Origin: Camelus dromedarius | Taxonomy: Eukaryota | Direction of reading: 5' to 3' | Length of the DNA: 64,000 nucleotides | Assembly (NCBI RefSeq): GCF_036321535.1 | Contig: NC_087447.1 | Location: 13,268,001 to 13,332,000, forward strand | Shown: piece after piece, positions 47,691 through 60,190 of the stretch | Layout: each line of letters starts with the position of its first letter | How positions within the stretch are numbered: position 1 is the first letter of the stretch | Program-made: the position numbers and the translations under genes | The notes under the pieces: generated by a model | What the model was told of the DNA's origin: nothing | Database searches by the model: none | What the model saw: the letters and a program-made list of their open reading frames with translations, nothing else

Positions 47691-48875
47691 ATATTTTAAA
47701 AAATGAATATACATACCTTTCAGGACTGAAGTATATTATAAAGCAATGGCAATTAAATTGTTGTTGGGAAAGACAGATTGCTAGACTTAAACATGGTCAA
47801 TAAATAAACACATATCTATATATTGGAATTTATTCTATGTTTAATTTGAACTTTTAAATTGATGTGAAATAATGGACTTTTTAGTAACTAATGTTAGGAC
47901 TTTGAATTTCCCTCTATAAGAAAAAAATATATCACAGGCTCAAAAAATTATGTTCCAGATGGCTGAAAGATACAAATGTATCAAACAAAACTAGAAAAAA
48001 TATTTGAGAAATAATTAGAATGATTTATATTTTAGGATAGGGAAATTTTTTAAGCAAAGCACTAAAGCAAATTCATGAAGAAAAATATAATACATTTACA
48101 TTTTCTGTATGACAATATCCCATATGGACAAAGTATTTCAAAAAGTAACAAAATGAGAGCAAATATAAATCCTACAAATCAATAACATAAAGATGAGTAA
48201 CTCAAGTTTCTAAAATAACAAGACCTTTTTTTCTGGGCAACATAGAGAGAGGAAGGTACCACTCGTCAATAGGATATAGATAAAAGTAGTTAATCTCATA
48301 AAAATTGAAGAAATTCATACTAAGCAATGAGATACTATCCTCAATCATCAATTCTGTAAAAATAAAATTAAAAAGCCTCTCCATATAACATTTTGATAAG
48401 TGACCCAGTGCAATCTTCCCACAAAGCACACAGAAGGCTATTTATTGCAGAATTGTTCCAATTTAGAAAATGGAAATAATCTAACTCCCTCCAAATAGAA
48501 TGAAAATAAGGTGAGGCATGTTCTTATGAAAAACTAGGCAGAAATTTTAATGTTTGATCCATGTGGCACATCTACTATGATATGAATCACTAAGATATGT
48601 TTTTAAATGGAAAACATAATAAAATGCAAAAGATAACCACAGTGTGAGAATTTGCATGTTAAAAAAAATCGCACCCACTGAATACCGTGTAGTGTCTATG
48701 AGAACCTCTGTGTTTATAAATCAATAGGGAAACATGTGGACGGAAAGAGTCATTCTCAGAAATAAAATGATAGCCAAAGGGGATTTTAGCGGTATGCAGT
48801 ATTTTGATTTCTTTACTAAAGAGAGTATATTTCAGTTATTACTTCCATAATTAAAGTTAATTTAATTTCCCCCCC

Positions 48876-49010
48876 AAGGGAACTGTTTTCAATACCTCAT
48901 AATAGCCTATAATGAAAAAGACTGTGAAAAGGAATATGTTTATATGTATGAACAACTGAATCATTATGATATAACCCAAAACTGTGAATCAACTATACCT
49001 CAATAAAAGA
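48876..49010 (+). mobile_element. Short L1 3' terminus
   Basis: aagggaactgttttcaatacc...gcctataatgaaaaag...aactatacctcaataaaa. Confidence 0.7.
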
Positions 49011-52000
49011 GTTAATTTTAAAGCTCATTATTTTCTAACAGGGTTTAAGAATACAATACATAATAAATGGAATTAAAATAATATATAAACCACAGTCCTT
49101 TCCTGGGATTCAGTAAACACATATAATTTATTTCTCATTAGGTTCATTATTTCCTCAATTACTTTAGTAAATACAGACACAGATGTTTTTCCGCGAGCAT
49201 TGTATGCCGTCAAGTGTCATTAAAAAATGTAAACAGACTAATGAATTTCTGTCACCCTCACTGTGCTCCACAAGGAGAGAGTTGGCATAAAGAAACAGGA
49301 AATGCATTTGTATATGCATCTATATTTATACTAATATCTGCATCTCTTTTTACACATATCTGGATTTGGTTTTCATATCAGCATTATAAAGTCTAGTTAT
49401 ACTTTGATAAGTCTAATAGGATTTAAATAATTTCCAAGATCATTTGTTAAGTCTAATAGCTATTATTTCTGAAGACTCAAATTTGTGATTTACTCTTTCT
49501 CATGGCTCCTTGTTTTGCTGAACTAATACTGATTCTTATTACAAGTTTTAATGGAAGGAAACTGTATTTGTAGCAGAAGAATTAGAGTGTGCTGCATGAA
49601 AGGTATCTGATATGTGATGGGCTCAATTGAAAAGACATCATAGTTAAAGCTGCTAATTAACTGAAAACATCAGCTCTACTACAAGTTCATTTGCAAAATC
49701 TAGGCTGGAGAGCATCCTAAAAGAGACAGTTAAGAGACTAATGTCCATCCTGCCTTACTATAATCTCTAAAAAGGAATTTTTAAAAAATGGAAAAAAAAA
49801 AAACTAAACTAAACCTCTGATTTTCAGGGTCTTCTTGGTTTCCTTAGTCTCACAGAAATGTTTCTTAGGAAACAAGACTAACTAATCTTTAATTCCTAAA
49901 ATAAATTGGCAACTGTCTCCACAAGGGAGACAGGTTATTATGGTAAGTGAGGGTACTTGAGTTAGACTAAATGAATTCTAATGTATTATGGCCCACTTCT
50001 TAACAGTTGAATAATCTTAGACAAATTGCCTATTCTCTGAGTCTTGTTTTGGTTTTTTTTTGTTTGTTTGTTTGTTTTAATATGGAAACAGTAATAATAC
50101 TAGCACCTACCACATGGGATTCTTGTGAGAAACCAATTGCAATATCCATGTAAAATATTTTGATATGGATACATGCATCTAACACATTGCAAGAATTAAC
50201 TGAATTCTGACTCATTATTCTTTATAAAAGGACTAATACTCTATAAGTGTTTCACCATTTATGAGACAAGGGGAGCTCAGGGAATACGTTTTCTTCAATG
50301 AATTTAACATGCCACTGAACATAGATTTCTAATGAAGTTATAAAGTACTTTGACCACTGGCCACTACTGAAAGTCCCAACTACCAGGACAAGGGTTCGGT
50401 AACAGGATTTCCCACTTCACAGATGGAAGAACTAAAATCAAGGTAAAATTTTCTTCATGAAGACCAGCAGAATCCTACAAAAGATAATCTGTCTTGTACA
50501 ATTAGGAAAAATTGAATCAAACACTTCAAGAAGTTAATAATTTTATCCATATGTTTTACTTAGGTCATTTTATAGTTTTCTTTATTTCTTTCAATTTTAA
50601 TAATATATGCATGATGTACCTTTGTTAAAGAAATAGCCATTAATTATATAATTTGCACTTCTCCAGCTGCGGCCTCATAAATTTCCCTCTAAACTACCTG
50701 TATTCATTTCAAATGTCAGGGATTATTGCAAAATATTACAGAGCTATGACAGAGGAAGTCAGGAAATGGAATTTCAGGTCCTGATCTGCCACTCCCTGAT
50801 TGTGTGATTTAGGAAAATGTCCCTTACATTTGATGAGTATCTATTTTCTGTTAAGAAAATGAGGAATCATAATTTTCATGCATTATTTTTCAGCTGCAAA
50901 GAGCTATTTTTTTAAAATCAAGTGATTTACTAAATCATTTATCAATTCATTTTCATCAGTTTTATCATCTTTATTTCTTATCTTGTTTAATTTTTTAATA
51001 GTTTACAAATGTATATGGTTTTTTATCATTGATTTTTCAATCCAAAATAGACTGCAACACATTTCAAAATCCTCTAAACCTCCTGTCCTAGTGTCTAACA
51101 GTCCTAAGTTTGATACCAGGATTTCAGGATAGCATTCTTGCCATCTATCTGCTGTTAATAGCAAACTTTAAGTTGTTTTGTGAACTAATGTCAAATTGTG
51201 ACATGACACAATGTATATGCTTAGAAGCCTATAAGGGTTGTAAAATAAATAGTTACCAAGCAGGTATATATTTTTAGAAATACATATTTATAGAAAAATA
51301 CTTTCCTAGGAAAAAAAGCAGATAAGGATAGGTAATTCTACAGCTAGTCAAAGAGATGACTCTCTGTAGACGTTCACCTGCAAAAGTAAAAATGGAAGAA
51401 AGAAAGAAAAGATGGAAAAAGGAAAAGAAAAAATGAAAACTCACATATATAGTATCAGCCAATTCCAATCAGTATTTGAAGGGAGATCCTTGTCTTCTTG
51501 AACTCATGACAACAAATAGAAAAAGGTTTATATATATATATTCTAAATCAAAACAATAGATAGATCTCTTAGGGGAGAAAAAGCAATGTGCTTTGTATCT
51601 AGCTTTCAAATTATATTTAAAATAACAATATTTTTAAAACCACTTTTATGAATATTCAGAATAGGAATGAGGCTTACATCACAAAACTGCAGGGAAATGT
51701 CAAATGCACATGGGGCTTTCTCTCTCTTCTTTTTCCCCTTCAGTACAATAAGTGCAGCAAGGTCTGGCTCCCTAAATGCACAGGGTCTGCGGGCTCCTGG
51801 AGAATCTGCACTGAAAGAGGCAGGAAGCTATTAAAAGACACTGGAGGGACCTGCGAGCAATCCCAACGGCAAGCCCTATGTTAATTCTTGGATACTGAAA
51901 ATAAAAAGAAACCCTGGTGATTTTAATTTGCTACTGCTTTGGCTTTTCAAGTGTCCTTTTAAGAATATATTATGTTAGATTGCTTCAAATGTATACTGTT

Positions 52001-52329
52001 AAATATCAATTATGGGTTTTTATACTCAGTAACCAAAAAGTTTTAAAATTAGCCTTAATAATTTCTACACAGGGAATAAACCCTAATACATTCATTATAT
52101 TTATTAAGAGTCTTCCTCTGTGTCCATTACCAAAGGCTAATTATTTATTAATGTTGAAGATACTGAGATGTTTTGTTAACAGTTATTGGAATAAAGTAGA
52201 GACAGTAGAATTAATAGCTTTATTTTAACAATGGGCCTGGAGCTGTGAGTAGCAACCAGTCAGTCGGGTTAGTTGACTGTGTTAAGGGCAAGCATAAGAA
52301 TAAGCAATCTGTTAGCCTAAGTGCGGCCA

Positions 52330-52434
52330 TTTATTAATCCTCCTTCACAAGACCCTCTTTCTAAATAAGGTCACATTCTGAGGTACTACGGATTAGCACA
52401 TTATTTTCTTGGGGGAATCAATTCAGCCCATAAT
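52330..52434 (-). mobile_element. MLT1 LTR fragment
   Basis: aagaccctctttctaaataaggtcacattctgaggtact...gggggaatcaattcagcccataa. Confidence 0.65.
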
Positions 52435-53805
52435 GACATCCAATTTCAAGTCAAGGGTGAGTGCTTTGTGTCAAAAAACTCTTCACTCACCAGACTTAAC
52501 ATTTTAAGTGTAAAAGTTTCTTTAAAAAAAAAATTATGTGTAATATTAGGCAACATTGTTTAAAGTTAATTAATTTTTATTTAAGGAATTTCCCACGTTG
52601 TGATTTTTTTTTTCCACTGCCCATCAAGTTCCTCCAAAGTCTGAGTCAAAATTTATCTTCAAGATAACACTTTTAAAAAGAACCTAGACTTTTCTTTTAT
52701 TTGAATATATTAGACATATAACATTGTGTAAATTTAAGATGTCCAACATCTTAATTTGATCCAGTTAGATACTGTAATATGATTGCTATTTGAAAAAAAT
52801 AAGAACTTACAAGCTGTATTGAGAACAATTTATATCAGTGAATGGAAGTTATTCTGCAACTCATGCGGAGAAGGGTTTTCAGAACACCTGTAATAAAGAT
52901 GTTTCTGAGAACATTAAAGTAAGTAAATAAATAACTCAGTTGTCATATCCGTCAGCCCACAGTTCTCTTTGCTGGGCTTCTTTTATCTCCCCGAAAATAG
53001 ATACAACTGATGACATACTTCGAAAGTTTCTCTCACCCTAAAAACACTGAGATGTAATTTCTTCAAGCAATTTACTTTAGGGACCTCTAACTATGAATTA
53101 AGTTCAAATCATATTCACGCCTAAGCTATCATACCTAAGAATAGTACAGATTTTTAAGATATTGACCTATGGTCAAAATAATTAATCATAATTTAGCACC
53201 TCTGTCTTGTAGGTCTTGTAGTTTTTCTCCCACAGATCTAACGCTTAGTTTTGTGAGTGAAGCTAACCACATCGTTACTCTATGAGGCATTTCCCGTGAT
53301 GTGAGTCTACAGGAAAAAAAAATACTTTCTTTTTTTGGAGTTTTCTCCCACTTATCCCTGGTTAACTGTTTGGAAGCAATAAAGAATGATGGAGGAAATT
53401 TATGCAGAGAATAAATATCATCGCATGACAATTCTTTTTAAATGAGGTGATAGCATGGCATCTAGGCTAAGGGAGACTGTTCTCGTCTTTCAAAAAAGAG
53501 GAAGCTACTTACGACAATGCGAGACAACTTTTGAGTTTATGATTCTCATTCTTCTTCACACAAATGTGTATTTTAGATCTCAGAGTCCCACTCTTTTTCC
53601 ATCAGAACACAGACTTAAACAAAAAAATCCTGGTGAAGTTGTACACTCAGTCATCTTTGAGCTTCTATAATCTTTATTATAAAATCCTGGATAGGAATTT
53701 GATCATAATCTCTGTCTACAAGAGATGTGGTGACAGTGACCATGGGAGCTCTATAGTCAAAGCATGTCCAGAAGGTGTATTAAATTTTCATATTTTCCTT
53801 GTCTT

Positions 53806-53950
53806 TTCAAAAATTGTTTATTTGGTGGGAGAAGCAATTAGGTTACGTATGTACTTATGTATATATGTATTAATGGAGGTACTGGGGATTGAACCCAGGA
53901 CTTTATGCATGCTAGGTACACACTCTACTACTGAGCTATCCCCTCCCCAC
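53806..53950 (-). mobile_element. tRNA-derived SINE (camelid Vic-1-like)
   Basis: ggaggtactggggattgaacccaggac...ctgagctatcccctcccc; perfect 11-bp TSD ttccttgtctt (53795-53805 / 53951-53961). Confidence 0.9.
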
Positions 53951-55457
53951 TTCCTTGTCTTGATAGAAGACTTCAACTAAAATTTCACCAATGGGAATAT
54001 ACTGCTATATAAACTTTGCAAGGCCAGAATCAAACTGTAGCATCTGTGATCAGTGATAAACAGTTTGAGATGGATTAGCCTTGAAATTTACAGAATCTGA
54101 AAAAAACAAATGATGCATATGTTTCCCTAGATTCATTCCATTCCCACATGGAGAAATAGATAATCTTTTTCTCAAGCTAAAAAACTTCTAAAGTTTTTGG
54201 TACAATAAAATTAATACAAATTTAGTCATCTTAATACAATTTAATTATTTATAAACAGAAATAGAAGTTACAAATAAACAAAAAATACTCATATTGAATT
54301 TTCTACATGCATAAAAATACAATTAAGAAAATAAACTGAAGTAAGAAAGATTCTTAGGGATCATATAATTAGAGACTTCAGTGTTGATGGATGATGACAA
54401 AAAGCGATACCCATTCTCTTGCATAAATTTTCATCCCACTATCTGTCTTTCTTAACTTATTCTTTTTTTTCTGGATTGTATTAAAAGACAATAATTTATA
54501 TCTGTGATGTAACTATCTTCCAAAGTCTAAAAACCTTCCTCTGAGTTATAACATTCTTTCTTTAATTTATGTTCAAATTCCCTACCATCAATTACATGTA
54601 CTCTTTACTTCTGGCTCACATAAATACACCTACCTTAATTTGGGACATCTATGATATAATCATAATAATCTAATACTACAAACAAATTATTATAATGGGT
54701 GTGATTCAAGAGAAAAATTAATACTTCCTACAAATCTGAAGGGGTTATTTTAGGAGCAAGATCTAGTTTTTACAAAAATAATGTTAATATAAAGTCAACC
54801 CCAACAGTCAGAACCTTCCTAAGAAAAAAAGACGACTCCTACAAAAGGGTGAATTTTCTCATCATATCCTGTAACTGTTCTAGAAGGATCTAGGTAAACA
54901 GGATAAGAATTTGAAGTATAACCCCCACCAAAGAAGGGGTATTACCAAGATTATACATATCGTCCCTTAAAACGTGAAGATTTTACAATTATTTGAACCT
55001 AGTGCTGCCTGCTGAGTTAAGACAACTAAGTTGAAGGTCCATGATCAGGCATGAGACCACAAGGTCCAGTAAATAAGCTGTTAGGGAGAAAACCTGTCAG
55101 GCTGTGGCTGTGAGCTCATAGAAGTATAACTCTAAACAGAGAACACCGGAAATCAATACAAAGAAGCACAGGGAAAACTGATCAAAACTGCCGTGCTATT
55201 AGGCAGGTCAGAGAGGCAGAGAATAGAAGTGAATATCTAAGGCAGTGTGTCTTACATGAATTTTCCTCCCAGTGTTGTGTCTTCTACATAAAACTGACTC
55301 AACACTAACCAGCATATGAGTTCACATTGCCTTTTTCCTAAAGAAACTAATTCTCATGCCTCTAGTTAGGATTATAGTAACTCTACAATAAGAAGATATT
55401 CTCTAAGGCTTTCTTTTAGAGCAATCAAAACTATGAAGAAAAGTTTGAAACTTCTAT

Positions 55458-56390
55458 TCATCTTTTGTCGTCTGAGATCACCTTTTTGCTCCACAATTTC
55501 CTCATGGCATTTTTCACTTCTGCATTTCTCAGCGTATATATTAGAGGGTTGATCAAAGGTGTTCCAAGTGTATAAAACACAGCTATCATCTTATCCATGG
55601 GGAAGGTGGTTGCAGGCCGTGTGTATATAAATATACAAGGACCAAAGAACAGGATGACCACAATGATGTGGGAGATGCAGGTAGAGAGGGCTTTTCTCCT
55701 CCCTTCAGCACTGTGGTTTCTCAGAGAATGCAGGATGACAACGTAGGAGACCATCAGCACAGCAAAGCTCACTGTGCATATGGCCCCACTGTTGGACACC
55801 AGGAGTAGGTTGGTCACATAGGTATCTGCACAGGCAAGTTTCAACAAAGGCTGCAAGTCACATAAATAGTGATCAATCACATTGGGGCCACAGAAAGGTA
55901 AACTCAAGGCTAGAAAAATCTGAGCTAAAGAATGCACACAGGACCCCACCCAGGCCACAGCCACCAACACACAACAGACCCTGTGGCTCATGATGGTCGT
56001 GTAGTGCAGGGGCTTACAGATGGCCACATAGCGGTCAACAGCCATGAGGATAAGGATGAAGATCTCCAAGCAGCCAAAGAAGTGGAATGAAAAGACTTGG
56101 ACTATACACTCATTGAAAGAGATAGCGGTCTTCTTCAAAAGTGCATCCATAATCATTCTAGGGGCTATGGATGTAGAGAAGCAGGTATCAGATAAGGATA
56201 AGTGGAAAAGGAAGAAGTACATTGGACCCTCAAGTGTCTGGCTGGTCTTGATGGTAGTAATAATCAGAAAGTTACCCAACAATGTCCCCAGATAGAAAAT
56301 CAAGAAAATGACAAATACTATTTTCTTTCTAACGGGATCCTGGGTCAACCCAAGCAGAATGAACTCAGTCACATTATTGTTCAGCTTCAT
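55458..56390 (-). CDS. Olfactory receptor OR4C16-like, copy B, 310 aa
   Basis: Close paralog of 24447-25376 with the same motifs ([30 protein letters not shown]). Acceptor tttgtgtgcag ends at 56434 (minus). Confidence 0.92.
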   Translation of the reverse strand: MKLNNNVTEFILLGLTQDPVRKKIVFVIFLIFYLGTLLGNFLIITTIKTSQTLEGPMYFFLFHLSLSDTCFSTSIAPRMIMDALLKKTAISFNECIVQVFSFHFFGCLEIFILILMAVDRYVAICKPLHYTTIMSHRVCCVLVAVAWVGSCVHSLAQIFLALSLPFCGPNVIDHYLCDLQPLLKLACADTYVTNLLLVSNSGAICTVSFAVLMVSYVVILHSLRNHSAEGRRKALSTCISHIIVVILFFGPCIFIYTRPATTFPMDKMIAVFYTLGTPLINPLIYTLRNAEVKNAMRKLWSKKVISDDKR

Positions 56391-57540
56391 GATTTCATGA
56401 GCGAGGAGACAGGATGACTGTGAAATGGATTATCTGCACACAAAAAAAATAATAATAATTAATTCATGATGTGATACATGGTTTTACAGAATATTTTAAG
56501 GAAAATAAGTATTTCTCATCATGGACAATTAATTGTAGTTTCTTAATAATTCACTTCAATCCTTTGCTCCTTAATTTGTAATGACCACTTCATAGGATCT
56601 TTATGAGTCTCAAGTAAGCATGTGAGTGGTACACTTCCCACGGCACTTTTCAAATACAACTCTTTGTGGCTTTTACATGATTCTGGTTAATGTTGCTATT
56701 CAATGAATGTAAAGTTAAGAGATATGGCTCCATTTTATTAACTTCATTACTTTTCCACATTCAGTAAATCTAGGGGCCATATTTGGATGTTGTATCAGTT
56801 GGCATTTTGGATCTATGTGGCTGCCTTTGGAAGTTCATAATATAAATGTAAAATCACTGCCCACTCCCATGCCATAAAAATGTCTCCTTTATACAGATAT
56901 TTACATCATGTATTTGATATATTTATTTATAGAAATGTGTATTTTTATAAATATATATATGTCCCACTTCATTGTACACTCCTTTCCAGATATGACAGCT
57001 TAAAAGAGGAAGCACTAAAAATCTCTAAATAAAACACAAGTTACTTTTAAACACCCTTATGATATTTTTTAATATTTGACATACACTTATCTAGGGAAGT
57101 GAATGTTTTTCAATAGTTGATAATATCTCAAATATCCCCATTTTTATTTTTCTTTATCCAATTTCTGAAAAGCATCCTCTAAAAGATGCAAAGTTTTACA
57201 GGTTACATATAAATGAAAGGCAGGCATTAGCACTTGAAAGTTCATACATTCACAATTCAAGTGTTTAAGCATTTTAGATCTGAAGTTGTTAGGGCAGATG
57301 TCACCAGGCAGTTTGTGTAGGACCAGATCATGGTCATAATGCCCTGCAGTGTTTGTTTTATCCAGGTACCCGAAATCTCCACATACTTGTAACAGAGCAG
57401 AGTCAGAGAGGGAGTGAGAGATAGTTTTAGGTAAGAAGGATAGTAGATGGTCAGTAACTGACAATTCAATTTGTTTTCTGTCCTGGCAAAATCAATTACT
57501 ATGACTATCCAACTTTAAAACTTCATTTCATTGAATGAAG

Positions 57541-57572
57541 ATTTTTATTTATTTATTTATTTATTTATTTTT
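57541..57572 (+). repeat. (ATTT)n microsatellite
   Basis: atttttatttatttatttatttatttattttt. Confidence 0.85.
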
Positions 57573-57904
57573 GAGATTTGGAAAGGGATATTATCATTGG
57601 CTTCACTTCTAAGAACAAAATATTTCCCCTAGGTATTTCTTGTCAAGATGATGTTGAAAAGAATTCAAATAAAAATATAAATGGAATGTGACCAATTTAA
57701 ATATAATTTGGAAGACTTACCCCATAGTGTTTCACCTCAATCCCATCCATACCTTCATTGCATTGTCTTGAAAGTTGTGAGTGGGCAAAGCACAGACTAT
57801 GATAGACCAAACAGACACAAAATATCCCTTATTTTTTTCTCTCCCTTGCTAAGTTTTCTTCCCTTCAGCAAAGTTGAAATATACCTTAAGATCCTCCAGA
57901 TAAA

Positions 57905-57921
57905 TAATTGCTCCCAGGAAA
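57905..57921 (+). promoter_or_regulatory. Homeodomain (TAATTG) + 1 bp + O/E-like (TCCCAGGAAA) composite site
   Basis: Same geometry as 2633-2649, with one mismatch to YCCCNNGRGR; ~1.5 kb upstream of the copy B ATG. Confidence 0.4.
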
Positions 57922-60010
57922 GTGTCTGAAGACGCTTTTTACTTTGTAATTCCCAATTTAAAAAAAAAAAAAATCTCTTTGGACCCTTTGGTAAAGATCT
58001 TAAACTTCGAGGGAACTTAGTATCTAACTCAGTGCAATAAGCTCATTCTGTCCTTAGTCATTTGAAAGAATCATCCATCATGTAGTAATTGTACTTGTGA
58101 AAATATGGCCTGCGTTTGTGGTCAACCCTTTGTATGGCTTTTGGTTTGTATGTTATCAATCTCTTTAGGCTGTCCATTTCTAGACTAACCCTATTTATAG
58201 ATTAGGACATATATTTTTAAGATAAGTTAAGAATCATAAATACATACAGTTTCACTAACTTGTTAGTAATTGTGAGTTTTCATCAAATATTCAATCAATG
58301 GCTTAATTAGTAGTTTCCATTGTTACTGCAATGTTGTTTTATTCCTAGGTACTTTAAACCGTCTCAAGACTTCAGAATCCAATGGCTAAGAAATCTCTTC
58401 TGACAGTCTCCAGTGATTGCTTTATGATAAAGGAAATTCTCTTTTCTGTTCTTCAGTGGTTTCTTTCATAGCATTTCTTGTATTATTACATACTATGCCT
58501 AAATTCAATTGTGTGGGCTTTCCTTGGCTTCTTTCTTAGAAGGAAAATCTTTGAAAACTACCTAGTCTCAGGATAGTATCCTCTATAGTTCCAAACCTGA
58601 TGGCTTGTGCAATGTAAGTGCTTTGTGTTTTTAAATTAAACTTTCTTAATTACTTCTTATAATAATTATCTGCTTGTTTTAGCACTATTCTGAATATAAA
58701 ACGCATTCACATTATTAATCTACTTTGATCATCCACATATTATGTATGGTGAACAGACAAGCATGCCCCCAATTTATAAATCCAGAAAAAAAATTGTGAT
58801 AAATTTTAAACAACTTAGCAAATCAGCTCTACAACCTGGAGTAAAAGATGCTATACTTTGAATCGCACCACGTAGTGATGAAGATTTGGGACTCTGACAC
58901 CTGTAAGAATGCTTATATTGAATATTTAACATTTTTTAACATGAATCCTAGAACCTTGAAGAATACAAGAAGTGCCCTGGCATTTTTTCCCATCCTCTTA
59001 ATATTTTTACATGTTTTTGTGCATGCCTCTGTGTACGATCATATATCCATTTTTTTCACTTTTTCCAGAGGTATAGTAACAATTTTCACCAGGTCCTTGA
59101 AGGAATCTGACACAAAAAACTGTGTTGCAGTGATCTGGAAATAAAATTGCCCTGGTAAAACAGCACATCTTCTAATAACTACTATACTTATCTCAACTTT
59201 TTGAACAAGTGTAGCCAACTTTAGAACAGCTAAGTTTGTCAAGACAATAATGAAGAGATAAGACGTTGAGTTAGGAGCCAACAGAGAAGAGCTGAAAGAA
59301 AACCACACAGAAAAGCTGGTGGGTAGATGAGGGTGGACTACAGACTATTAGGTGGGTCCCTCTACCCTAAAAATCTGTCTTATTACAAAAGCCACAGTGA
59401 GAAGAATTGCTGTCCTTAGGACTCTCTTAAACTATCCAACCCTCCCTGATTGGATCAATCCACATTTCTAAATTTGGAAGAATACCTACACTCATTTCAT
59501 TTCTATGAAAAAAAATGTCCCTTTCTCTATGGGAAGGTTAACAGATTGTCCCAAGGTTCTTTATCCCTCAAAAGTCCACATTAAAGAATGATAAAACTCC
59601 CCTCCCACGTTCATCACACACCACCTCTCAGCTACATTATTCAGTTCTTAGCCTCCACATTGTCAAGTTTCCTCTGAACTTTCCATCAGGAGTAGCTATT
59701 CAGCTTTTCAAACTAAATCTCAGATGTGTGTCAGCTGTAAATCATATTTTAAAATAGCATTTTAGAAACATGCAGTGAGTAACAATTGAAATCTGTGATG
59801 TACAGCAGTTTATTTAAAGCTGTCTCTTGTATACGGAAAAGCTGGCGTTCTCCAGAAGTGAAGTCACAGTCTACTTTTTTCTGGGTTTTTTTTTTCCTTA
59901 AAGAAAGTAGGAGCAATATAAGCACAACACAAACAGAAATGCATGTTAAAATGATCTTAGATTATTCTGTAACGACGCCTCTTTCAACACAAAGAGGTAA
60001 GTATTCTGTC

Positions 60011-60190
60011 ACTCACCTGCTAGAACACTCTACATTAGTGTCAAATCTATCCCTTTTTGAAAGCAGTTTTCCCATAGAATACTGGAAAAAACCCATCCTG
60101 TTCTGCATTCTAAAGGGAATATTTTAAGACAAAATGACGTAAGACATTAGCATCCTAGAGAGTAGTATTCCCTGAAGCTTCCCTACCTTT
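60011..60190 (-). promoter_or_regulatory. Candidate promoter/non-coding first exon of OR4C16-like copy B, with a CAG|GTGAGT donor (GTGAGT at 60016-60011)
   Basis: Homologous to 22270-22452; the donor is at the equivalent position. Confidence 0.55.

Noticed and set aside
12792-56417. Short antisense or alternate-frame ORFs overlapping OR CDSs (e.g. 12792-13016, 13169-13507, 24539-24851, 45467-45742, 56044-56417)
   Set aside because: Expected shadow ORFs of codon-biased OR sequence. Their similarity to each other just reflects paralogy of the sense genes.
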